Source: Candidatus Latescibacterota bacterium
Lineage (GTDB): Bacteria > Latescibacterota > UBA2968 > UBA8231
DNA: 64,000 bases
Assembly (NCBI GenBank): GCA_965206595.1
Contig: OZ242214.1
Span: forward strand, 2,912,001 to 2,976,000
Direction of reading: 5' to 3'
Part shown: positions 10,409-19,100 of the stretch, piece after piece
How the letters are laid out: the number at the start of each line of letters is the position of its first letter
Position numbering within the stretch: position 1 is the first letter of the stretch
Translations under genes and position numbers: made by a program
Notes under the pieces: generated by a model
The model's input: the letters and a program-made list of their open reading frames with translations, nothing else
What the model was told of the DNA's origin: nothing
The model's database searches: none

Positions 10409-13030
10409 CTATTTGAGCAGGAGCATCCCCATGGAGAGGTGCCCCTGCGGCGTGCTCAGGAGGGCATGGTAGCGGCCGCTGGCCAGCGGCCGGCCCGCCC
10501 GGTCGGTTCCGTCCCAGGCGATTCGGTAGGCCCCCGGGTCCCGGTGGCCTTCGTCGAGGATCCGGATCAGCTGCCCGAGGCTGTTGTAGATGCCGAGGCG
10601 TACCGGTCCGGCCGCGGCCAGTTGAAAGGGGATGACGGTGAGGGCGTTGAACGGGTTGGGGTGGTTGGGCTCGAGGAGGAACCGGTCCGGACGGCCCGGT
10701 TCGGATTCGACCGCGGTGGGCCACCCCTCCCCGGGAGAGAGGATCGGCCGGTCGGCGAGGTGGACGGCGGTCAGCCGGGCTTTCCCGTTGCGGGTGTCGG
10801 AATCGAGGTACATGCGCAGCAGCTCCCCCTCCCCGAGGGCCGGCCGGGCCCCGGCAAATGCGATCCGGGTGCCGCCCTCCCCGTGCCGGTAGTCCAGCAG
10901 AAAACCGGCCAGGTCGGCATCCAGCTCCACCCGCCCCCGGACGCCTTCGAGAAGCATGCTGCCGGACGGGGCTGCCGAGCGCTCGTCTATCCAGACCGCC
11001 AGGTAGCCGGGATGGACCTTCAAGGCCAGCCGAGGCTCGAGGTGTACCGCTTTGGGCGCCGGGCTGAGGATCCGGGGATGGTTGTCGGATCCGTCCTCCT
11101 GCACGGGGAAGCGGCTGATCAGGCCGACCCGATGCTGCAGAATGAGAGAGGCGTCCAGGGGGGAGATGCTGCCGGCCGCGGCGTCGAAGGCCTGGGCGTC
11201 GACATTGGCCGCGAGCGAATCGAGGCCGGTCAGGAAGGGCTCCAGCACGTGGGAAAGCACCCGGGCCGCGTCGAAGGTCTGCAACCTGCCGTTGCCGTCG
11301 GCATCGCCGAAGAGGCCGACGATGGCCGTCGCCGCGGTTCGCACTTCGGGAATGCCCGTCTGCGTCAGGGCGTCCGCGTAGCTCACTTCGACCCGGTCCC
11401 CCCGGGCCACGGCCAGGGCAGTCCCGGACCCCGTCAGGGTTACCGGCAGGCGGCCGGCGAACTGGCTGTCGTCCGCACCCGCCTCCAGCAGGCTTACGGC
11501 GACAGGGATGCCCGCGAGGTTGCGCCGCGCCTCCACGGCGACCCGCTCGCGGACCAGTGGATCGAGGTTGAGGTCCAGGTCGGTCACCAGAATCCGCACC
11601 GAGTCCCCCGGCTCGGCCGCGGTTGTGACGGCCAGCACGCCATCCTCGCCGCCCACCGATACCGGGACACAGTGTTTCAATGCGCCTCCCGCGGCGTCGA
11701 GCTCGTCGTCGTAACAGGCCGTCAAAGCGCTGCCAGCTCCGACTTCGATCCGGTCGTTTCCAGGCACCGGGGTTCCCCGGACCGTGCCGAGAGAGCCCTG
11801 GAACAGACCGGTGCTGGCGTCGACTTCGAGGAGGTTCACCTCTTCGCTGTCGGCCCCCCCTTCGACGCGAACCGCCAGTTGGTCCGGAGCATCGGGGTCG
11901 AGATCTCCATCCCCGTCCCGCACCTTCAGGGTCAGGGCCGTCCCGGGAAAAAGCAGCGTAGGCTCGGCTTCGAGGGTGCCGGTGACCCCGGTCCAGCGCA
12001 GCCGGCCGTCGGTCTTGAAGACCCCCAGGGCGCCGTCGTTGAGCAGGGCGTGGGTCAGGTAGAGCGGGGCCGTGGTGACCTGGCGGCGCTCCGCGGTGTC
12101 GAAGGAGAGACGCACCAGGGTGCCGTCCTCCGCCAGCGGATCGCCGGTGGAGGCCAGGACGATCTTGAGGGTGTTGAAATCGGTGCCGGCCGCGTTATTC
12201 ACCTCGAGAACCCAGTCGGTCGTCAGGTCGGTGAGAGCGACCGCTGCCGGAGCCGCGGTCAGCAGGTCGGGGTCATAGGCCACGAACAGCTCGACCGCGA
12301 CGATGCCCTCGCCGGTGACCCCGGTCAGCCGCACCGGAAGGTCGATGCGCGTTCCGTAAGAGGCCGTCGTATCGGGCAGGACCAGCCTCGGGCCCGAGGG
12401 GGTGCCGCTCCCGGGTGTGGAAGGTTGGCCCGGACCCGGCGGGGATGCACCGGTCCCGGGGGTAGGAGTATCCTGGGCGGTGAAGTCGGCCAGATTGTCG
12501 CCGGTGTCCGACCCGTCCGCGGCCCGGGAGAGACTCTGGCCCGCCTCCACCTGAGGCGCCGGAGTCCCCTCGCCGGCGTTGTGCTCGCCTGCATCTCCGT
12601 ACTGAAGGGCGTCGACGACCTGGTCCTGGGGATCGCGCAGCTGAACCGCGTCGGGGCCGTTCTGCCAGTCGACGTTGGCGGTGAAGTCCCGGTGAGTCAG
12701 GGCCGCCCCTGTGGCATTTTCGTGGGCCACGACCAGCAGGCCGTCCGCCGGAATGGTCGCCCCGTCGAGGGCGATGGTGCGATAGGCCTCCCCGTTGCTG
12801 CCGTTGACGCCCACCAGGCTCCAGCCGTCGAGAGCCGTCCCGGCCTCCCCGGCGATTTCGGTGAATGCCTCTTCCGCATCGCTGCCGGACCCGTCGTAGA
12901 GCACCTCCTGAATGCGGGGCGGGGGGTTCTGGCCTGCAGCCGGGTGGACGGTGGAAAGGGCGAGAGCCAGCAGACCGCTGACAAGGCCGAGGGTTCGGGG
13001 GTGTGAGGATGCAGCAGTGCGCTGTGTCAT
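10409..13030 (-). CDS. Secreted modular protein: lamin-tail-like domain, cohesin, dockerin, C-terminal FlgD-Ig/T9SS-like domain
   Basis: Signal peptide; IQEVLYDGSGSD..EAFTEI (LTD-like); LPVRLTG..ELFVAYDPDLL (cohesin-like); GDADGNGRLQTFDAARVL (dockerin); NHPNPFNALTVIPFQL...WDGTDRAGRPLASGRY. Confidence 0.85.
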   Translation of the reverse strand: MTQRTAASSHPRTLGLVSGLLALALSTVHPAAGQNPPPRIQEVLYDGSGSDAEEAFTEIAGEAGTALDGWSLVGVNGSNGEAYRTIALDGATIPADGLLVVAHENATGAALTHRDFTANVDWQNGPDAVQLRDPQDQVVDALQYGDAGEHNAGEGTPAPQVEAGQSLSRAADGSDTGDNLADFTAQDTPTPGTGASPPGPGQPSTPGSGTPSGPRLVLPDTTASYGTRIDLPVRLTGVTGEGIVAVELFVAYDPDLLTAAPAAVALTDLTTDWVLEVNNAAGTDFNTLKIVLASTGDPLAEDGTLVRLSFDTAERRQVTTAPLYLTHALLNDGALGVFKTDGRLRWTGVTGTLEAEPTLLFPGTALTLKVRDGDGDLDPDAPDQLAVRVEGGADSEEVNLLEVDASTGLFQGSLGTVRGTPVPGNDRIEVGAGSALTACYDDELDAAGGALKHCVPVSVGGEDGVLAVTTAAEPGDSVRILVTDLDLNLDPLVRERVAVEARRNLAGIPVAVSLLEAGADDSQFAGRLPVTLTGSGTALAVARGDRVEVSYADALTQTGIPEVRTAATAIVGLFGDADGNGRLQTFDAARVLSHVLEPFLTGLDSLAANVDAQAFDAAAGSISPLDASLILQHRVGLISRFPVQEDGSDNHPRILSPAPKAVHLEPRLALKVHPGYLAVWIDERSAAPSGSMLLEGVRGRVELDADLAGFLLDYRHGEGGTRIAFAGARPALGEGELLRMYLDSDTRNGKARLTAVHLADRPILSPGEGWPTAVESEPGRPDRFLLEPNHPNPFNALTVIPFQLAAAGPVRLGIYNSLGQLIRILDEGHRDPGAYRIAWDGTDRAGRPLASGRYHALLSTPQGHLSMGMLLLK

Positions 13031-13259
13031 GGCCGTACCGCCTTGGATTCAGATGAGCTGGGATCAGGGCAGTTGGTTCGTCGGCCAGCTCTTCTGCACG
13101 GACCGTGCCAGCGCTGCCGGGGGGCTGCCCCGGGCGGGTCATCTGATTGTGGGGCAGGGCGATAGGACCGAGCCCCCGGGGGCGGTCCACCGGTGAGGGG
13201 TGTCACCTGTTCGGGGCACTGGGTGGGGCGGTATGGGAACAGTTCGGGGACCGTCGCAG

Positions 13260-13520
13260 GATCGCGGGTGAGATAGACGCCGGTGGCCACTGCAGCGCCC
13301 TGTTGATCACGGGCGTCCCAGGAGACCTGGTAGGAGCCGGCGGTCTGGAATTCGTCCACCAGCGTGCGCACCGGCTGCCCCAGGGTGTTGAAGATCGCCA
13401 GCCGCACCGGACCGGAGGCGGCAAGGAGGTAGGGAATTCCGGTGGTGCCGTTGAAGGGGCCAGGGTGCGGCCGTCCGGAGAGAACGCCACGGATCTGACC
13501 CAATCCGAATGGGAATTACA
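13260..13520 (-). pseudogene. Remnant: WD40 repeat fragment fused to FlgD-Ig/T9SS-like domain fragment
   Basis: HSDWVRSVAFSPDGRTLA in one frame; PFNGTTGIPY...WDARDQQGAAVATGVYL in another; no intact start or end. Confidence 0.7.
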
Positions 13521-13926
13521 TCGGATGTTACGAAGAGAAAACCGAGGAGAAGGACACCCGATTCTTACTGTTTCGCCGGGAACTGGGAGATGTCGGCTGG
13601 CTGGCAATTCACAGGGTTCGTGCTGAAAGTCGGGCAATCTGCATCGGCAATTCCCCGATCTCGGGTGAACGACACAGACGGCCCGAACACGGAAGCATGT
13701 CAAATCGGCACCGTGGATCGGAGAGTCCCCGGATCTGATCGGGGAGGGGATGCGGGCATCGGGACCTGATCCCCCTGGGGTCTGCAAGCCGTCGCCGGGG
13801 AGCTGCAACCGAGCCGTCGAGGAGTTGCCTTTGGTCGAGGGGAAAAGCAGTGGAGAAACCGCGGGCAGAAAAACAACTCCGAGCAGGGGGAAAGTGTCAG
13901 GAAATTACCATGTGCCGTACATCCGA

Positions 13927-14694
13927 TTAGTCGGGATAACTAACAGAAGGTGATATACTTCTTTTTATCTTTCCCCAGGAAGTAGCCTGTACATTGGTAG
14001 ACGTCGATACTCGAATGACCCGAAGATTTCCTGGATGTTGTCCCTTGCGGCCTATCCGGTAAACAATCAGGTCTCCGGCGGGGCTAAAGCTGGGACAGCA
14101 GTTCCATTGTTTATCGAAGGTAAGCTGTTTAATAACTTCCGGGTTATCACTTTCTATAAAAAACAATTCCCTGATATCTGTTTCTCCTGATTGCAGAACA
14201 TCGAATACCAGGATCCGGCCATCCGGAGACCACGATGCCCCATTTACATCAAGGTTTTTACCTATTTCAATCTGCTCTCCGTCTTCATAAATGATGCCGA
14301 ATTCCTTTTCTCCAAGGGGACCAGGAGGACTGTCGCGGTTTGGATCAAACGGAATCCAAATACACGCAATCAGTGCAGTAACTGGGGATGGGATTGTACG
14401 GGAACCTATTCCACATATGTCGTCGTTTTGATCGTAGGCGATCTCACCTGTATCGGGGTTAATATATTCCTTATGTGTATACTGTGATGTATTTATTCCC
14501 CATCCGGCCACCTCCATTTCCATCATTGTTCCGGACGCCGTTGGGATACAGTCTACAAGCGGAGGAGCGTAAGAGGGCGTACAACTGCTGCTGATCAACT
14601 GAAGTTGATCCCTGCGGGGTTCTATTTCCTCAAGAAGGCGCTTGAGGCGGTCGTTTTCCCCGGCAAAGCTCGGCGATCTTTTCCTTTTCCACAC
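13927..14694 (-). CDS. TolB/PD40-like repeat protein with C-terminal ATSWGKIK motif (5' end uncertain, possibly chimeric)
   Basis: ASWSPDGRILVF and PSFSPAGDLIVY PD40-like motifs; C-terminal TNVQATSWGKIK; lower GC than flanks. Confidence 0.65.
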   Translation of the reverse strand: MWKRKRSPSFAGENDRLKRLLEEIEPRRDQLQLISSSCTPSYAPPLVDCIPTASGTMMEMEVAGWGINTSQYTHKEYINPDTGEIAYDQNDDICGIGSRTIPSPVTALIACIWIPFDPNRDSPPGPLGEKEFGIIYEDGEQIEIGKNLDVNGASWSPDGRILVFDVLQSGETDIRELFFIESDNPEVIKQLTFDKQWNCCPSFSPAGDLIVYRIGRKGQHPGNLRVIRVSTSTNVQATSWGKIKRSISPSVSYPD

Positions 14695-14699
14695 CCAGT

Positions 14700-16133
14700 T
14701 TATCCTCCGTTTCGCGCAGCTTGTTGCGGAGCTACTGAATCCCCCTGGGCGGACTCGATGTCAACGGGAAGCTGCGAAGTGGCGTCGCCGTCGGCTCCGG
14801 GGTGCGCCCCCGAAAGGCGAAACACCAGCTCCTTTCCGGCCCTGAAAAGGTCGTGGAGATGCACGTAGCGGAACAACGAGCTCCTGCCGGTCAGGTGGAG
14901 ATTCTCGAAGGTCCGGAAGTAGCCGACGAGAAGCTCCACATGCTCCGAAAGGCCCTTTTCGAGCACGGGGTATGCGAAAGGCAGCCGGAAAGTCCCGGAA
15001 CAAACGACTTCCTCTTCCGCAATCGGCCTTACCCGCTGCAGGGCTTCCCAGGCAGAACGGCGCAACTCCTCTTCCGGCATTTTCCAACCCGCGTCCCCGG
15101 CGAAGCAGGGCAGCTCGAGCACGATGGCGGTCTGTCCCTCGGGCGCCATGTGACGGCTGCGGTTCTTCGGTTCGTACAGCCGCGTGAACGGGAACTCGGC
15201 GCCGGGAAAATAGATCGAGGCGTTGGGCGAGAAGGAGGGCCTGTCCAGGCCGAACACGCACAGCACCAGGTTGCGGAACCTGACGGCATCGGCGGCGGCC
15301 AGCACCTCCGGGGGCGGCGGGGGATCGAGGATCTTCGCCGAAAGGCTCAGCGGCAGCGTGTTGACCACGGTCGACGCCTCCATCTCGGTGCCGCCGTCCA
15401 GAAAGACCCGGTCGAGCCGCCCCTCCGAGTGCTGGATCCGGCTCACCCGGCTTCCGAGCCGGATCCGCTCGGAGCCGATGAACTCGCTCATCCGGTCAAC
15501 GATTGCTCCGAATCCGTACCTGGGGTACAGGAAGGAGCCGTCCAGATGGCCGGGCCGGCCGGCCTTTCCCAGCAGGGTCTCCCGAATGAAGCCGCCCAGG
15601 TCCAGCCCTTTCATCCGGCCCCCGGAGACTTCGGCGGTGAGCCGGTGCGGATCCGTACCCCACAGTTTTTCCGAGTAGTTGAGCAGGAAGAGGTTGGCCA
15701 GCGTCGGACCGTACTGCTCCAGGGCGAATTCGCCGAAATTCGCCGCCTTCTTCCGGCGTTTCGGACGCAGGTTCTCGGCGGTGATCCGCAACAGGGTCCC
15801 GCGGTCGAGCCGTTCGACGAGGTTTCTCAGCTGCAGTGGAAAGCGGAAAAAACGGCCCTGGGAAAAGATCTCGCTCGGCGCGTCGACCTCGGCCAGCTCG
15901 TTCCCCAGAAGCGCCCTGATTTCCCCGGTGACCTCCGGGTCCTTGTCGTGCAGGCGGTGGGCGCCCGTATCGAACAGGAACTCCCCGAGGCGCAGGGTGC
16001 GGCAGTTGCCCCCTGTCTGCGGACCGGCCTCGAAAACCAGGAAGTCCAGTCCGAGCTTTCGGGCGTAGTAGCCGGCAGCCAGACCGGCCGGCCCTCCGCC
16101 GAGGATCTGAATGTCCGCGCCGGGTGCTTTCAA
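14700..16133 (-). CDS. FAD-dependent oxidoreductase (protoporphyrinogen oxidase/UDP-galactopyranose mutase-like)
   Basis: ILGGGPAGLAAG dinucleotide-binding motif, GGNCRT..FDTGAHRLH, C-terminal TGRSSLFRY; probable TTG start at 16133. Confidence 0.85.
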   Translation of the reverse strand: MKAPGADIQILGGGPAGLAAGYYARKLGLDFLVFEAGPQTGGNCRTLRLGEFLFDTGAHRLHDKDPEVTGEIRALLGNELAEVDAPSEIFSQGRFFRFPLQLRNLVERLDRGTLLRITAENLRPKRRKKAANFGEFALEQYGPTLANLFLLNYSEKLWGTDPHRLTAEVSGGRMKGLDLGGFIRETLLGKAGRPGHLDGSFLYPRYGFGAIVDRMSEFIGSERIRLGSRVSRIQHSEGRLDRVFLDGGTEMEASTVVNTLPLSLSAKILDPPPPPEVLAAADAVRFRNLVLCVFGLDRPSFSPNASIYFPGAEFPFTRLYEPKNRSRHMAPEGQTAIVLELPCFAGDAGWKMPEEELRRSAWEALQRVRPIAEEEVVCSGTFRLPFAYPVLEKGLSEHVELLVGYFRTFENLHLTGRSSLFRYVHLHDLFRAGKELVFRLSGAHPGADGDATSQLPVDIESAQGDSVAPQQAARNGG

Positions 16134-16152
16134 GGCACGGGTCGCACCCGGC

Positions 16153-17559
16153 TCAGTACTCGTACAGTGTGAGTTCCGGCCACAGGCGGTTGACGTAGGG
16201 GTTGTGGTAGAAAGTCCGGGCCGCTTTGGGCTCCCGGTCCGGCAGGGGGCTGCCGATGACGAACAGCCCGCCGCCGCGGGTCTCGTCGAGGGCGTGCAGA
16301 TCCTCTGGATCCTCAATTGGTATATAGACGGCCCGGAGCCCCTGGGAGGCCAGGAAATACTTGATCAGGGGCACGGAGGCGATCCGCAGGTCCTCACTCT
16401 TCCTGGCCGACAGGTGCTGGTGGATCTGGGTGATGGCGGTGGGGTTTCGGTGCTGGGCCACCAGGTACAGGGTCGCGTACCCGTAGCAGGCGAGAAAGGC
16501 GAAAGGCACCAACAGCAGCAACCGCTTGCCTTCCCTGAAGATCCGGTCGCAGGCAAAGGCCGGGACGAGCGCGAGGAAGGGCAGCAGCGGCAGGACGTGC
16601 CGGCTTTTTTGGACCACGTTCTGAAAAAGGAAGATCCAACCCAGGTAGATGAGGCAGCCGATGAGGGGGGCACTGAGCAGGACCGTGCGGTTTGCCCGCG
16701 GGGCAACTCCGCGCCAACCGGCCGCCAGAACGCCGAAGAGGGCGACCGCGGTACAGGCCGTCACCCAATGACGCCCTTCCCAGTAGAGCCCGAAACCATC
16801 GGCCCAGATGCTCTCGAACAGCGCCGCCGAACGCAGGGCCAGTCCGGGCTCGGTGGAAACCGTGCCTCCGAACTCGGTGAAGTGGCCCCGGGTCTGGGTC
16901 TGCGCCGCCGCAACCAGCTCCTCCCAGCCGGTTGTCGCGATCAGGGGGATCAGCCAGACAGCCACCCCGGCGGCACAGGCCCCGGCGAGCCGCAGGCCCT
17001 TCAACCGCGACAGCAGGGGGGCCAGCAGCAGGGGGGCATAGGAGAGGCGCACCCCGAGGGAAAGGCCGGCAATGAAAAATCCCCAGGCGGCCTGGCGCGG
17101 CTCCTGCCTGGCGGCAAGGCAGAAGACGGCCAGGACGAACGCGACCCCCATGGCGTCGGGCATGTAGCGGTTGCTCATCAGCCATGTCAGGGGGTTGAAG
17201 AACACCAGGAAGGCGGCCGTCAGGCCCAGCGGCGTGGTGATCGGGATGCGGGCGATCTCGAGCGCGAAACGGATGATCCCGAACGTCGACAGGCCGCCGA
17301 GGAGGGCGAAGGACAGAGCATAGCTGCCGGTGAGTGCGTAGATCCCCTTGGCGAGAAAGCAGAAGACCGGGTAGGCCGGGAAGTGGGGCTGCAGGCGGGG
17401 TACGTCATAGTCGACGACCCCCAGGGCGAAGCGCAGGCTGTCGAGATCCTCTATGTAGTAGACGGCGCTCAGCAGCCGCGATCCCAGGCATAGGATCAGC
17501 AGCGCCCCCCAGGCCTTGCCCCCACTCACGCCCTGATCGCTTTCCGAAAGGTTGCCCAT
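16153..17559 (-). CDS. Polytopic membrane protein, possible GT-C-type glycosyltransferase
   Basis: About 10 hydrophobic segments; N-terminal loop EDLDSLRFAL..QPHFPAYP. Confidence 0.6.
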   Translation of the reverse strand: MGNLSESDQGVSGGKAWGALLILCLGSRLLSAVYYIEDLDSLRFALGVVDYDVPRLQPHFPAYPVFCFLAKGIYALTGSYALSFALLGGLSTFGIIRFALEIARIPITTPLGLTAAFLVFFNPLTWLMSNRYMPDAMGVAFVLAVFCLAARQEPRQAAWGFFIAGLSLGVRLSYAPLLLAPLLSRLKGLRLAGACAAGVAVWLIPLIATTGWEELVAAAQTQTRGHFTEFGGTVSTEPGLALRSAALFESIWADGFGLYWEGRHWVTACTAVALFGVLAAGWRGVAPRANRTVLLSAPLIGCLIYLGWIFLFQNVVQKSRHVLPLLPFLALVPAFACDRIFREGKRLLLLVPFAFLACYGYATLYLVAQHRNPTAITQIHQHLSARKSEDLRIASVPLIKYFLASQGLRAVYIPIEDPEDLHALDETRGGGLFVIGSPLPDREPKAARTFYHNPYVNRLWPELTLYEY

Positions 17560-17652
17560 ACAGCCTCACATTTTCCCGCAGGCTGACGGGCGAAATCAAG
17601 GCATCGGTCCGGGGATGGCCAGTGCCAGACCGAATCACCTCGTCAGGCAGGC

Positions 17653-17693
17653 AAAAAAACGCGGCGGTTGACCGGACGCCGGACGCCGCGTTT
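17653..17693 (-). terminator. Rho-independent terminator after the DUF4856 gene
   Basis: AAACGCGGCG...CGCCGCGTTT stem with a T7 tail on the minus strand. Confidence 0.6.
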
Positions 17694-17741
17694 GCAGCCC
17701 CGCCCCCCCGAGGGGAGCGGCAGCTTCCCAGACCGACCTCT

Positions 17742-19037
17742 TTACCAGTTTGCCATGTTTCCGACGGAGAACCCGTAGACTCCCTGGAAGATCTCCTTGG
17801 CGCGCCCGTAGCTGCGCACGGTCTCGTCGTAGGCATCCGATCCCGGGGCGTCGTACGCGGGCGCCTGTCCCATGATGCCGTGCAGCTCCTCGAGCTCGCC
17901 CCGGCCGATCAGGGCGAAGGGATTGTACTGCAGGGCGACGGTGAACCCCTTCATCTCGGCCCAGTGCTTGTTGAGGTTTACGAGGTTCTCGTCCCCCGTT
18001 CCCAGGTCCGCCATGTCGGCCAGGGTGTCGTTGATGTAGTGCACCACCGTTGCGGCGATGACCTTCTCCATGCCGTTGGCCGCGGTTTCGCGCCGGGCGG
18101 AGATCTCGGCGGCCGAGCCCTGGTTGACGATCAGGGTGCGCCCGGCCAGGAAGGCGGCGAAGATGTCGCCGGTGAGGTCGACCCCGGCCCCGCCCTTGTC
18201 CCGCTTACCGGCGTTCCGCGACAGGCCGAAGTTGTACTCCGAATTGAAGTCGATGTTTCCGTCCCCGTTGGAGTCGGAGGTGTAGTCCCCGACACTGCCC
18301 GCCAGCTGCTCGTCGGTGTAGCGGGCGTAGTCGCGAGCCGCCCCGAAATATCCGAAGGCCTCGTCCCAGGCATGCTCCATGGACGTGGATGCGTTGCCCT
18401 CGCTACGGGGCTCGCCGTTGTCGCGGTCGAGGAGGCCGGCCAGGTAGACCCCGGTGGCCTGGTAGTAGGGCACCGCGCCGATGAGCACCTTGTTGATCAT
18501 CTGGGTCAGGTCCAACCCGTTGTCGTCGGTGTAGACCGCGGGGGTGCCCAGCTTGTCTCCGTCCTGGGAGTTCTCGGCGATGACCTCGAACCACCCGCGC
18601 ACCAGCTCGTCGGCAGTCCTGCCGTAGCCGATGACGACGTCGCTCGAGATCTTGCCGTTCAGGTTTTTTCCGGTCGAAATGGAGGAGTAGCGGTTCTCGA
18701 CCACGGGCATGGATCCGGCCGTGGTCAGCGATTCCAGGTCGTAGGCGTCGTCGTAGGCGTAGAGATTGAGCATGTCCTGCACGGAAGCGGACTGAGCCCC
18801 ATCCTTTCCCAGGTTGTCGATGAAGATCTTCAGGTCCTGAAGCAGCAGGTTTCGCACCACCTGGCCGGAATAGGAGACGCTGCTTTCCCCCTCGTTGAAG
18901 CGGCTGTCGAAGACGTAGGCGGTGGGAATGTCGATGGTCTGCCCGCCGCCGCTGCCGACGGGATTGTCGTCGTCGTCCCCCCCGCAGGCGATGAGCAGGG
19001 CCGCGGCGAGCGGAAAAAGGCGTTCGAGGTTTCTCAT
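17742..19037 (-). CDS. DUF4856-family lipoprotein (imelysin-like, TonB-associated)
   Basis: Lipobox LIAC; SSVSYSGQVVRNLL; MEHAWDEAFGYFG; KHWAEMKGF. Confidence 0.85.
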   Translation of the reverse strand: MRNLERLFPLAAALLIACGGDDDDNPVGSGGGQTIDIPTAYVFDSRFNEGESSVSYSGQVVRNLLLQDLKIFIDNLGKDGAQSASVQDMLNLYAYDDAYDLESLTTAGSMPVVENRYSSISTGKNLNGKISSDVVIGYGRTADELVRGWFEVIAENSQDGDKLGTPAVYTDDNGLDLTQMINKVLIGAVPYYQATGVYLAGLLDRDNGEPRSEGNASTSMEHAWDEAFGYFGAARDYARYTDEQLAGSVGDYTSDSNGDGNIDFNSEYNFGLSRNAGKRDKGGAGVDLTGDIFAAFLAGRTLIVNQGSAAEISARRETAANGMEKVIAATVVHYINDTLADMADLGTGDENLVNLNKHWAEMKGFTVALQYNPFALIGRGELEELHGIMGQAPAYDAPGSDAYDETVRSYGRAKEIFQGVYGFSVGNMANW

Positions 19038-19100
19038 GTGGATCTCCTTTTGTTGCGATGGATGGAAAGGCTTGTAAACAGGGTCGGCGGGACGGAGGGT

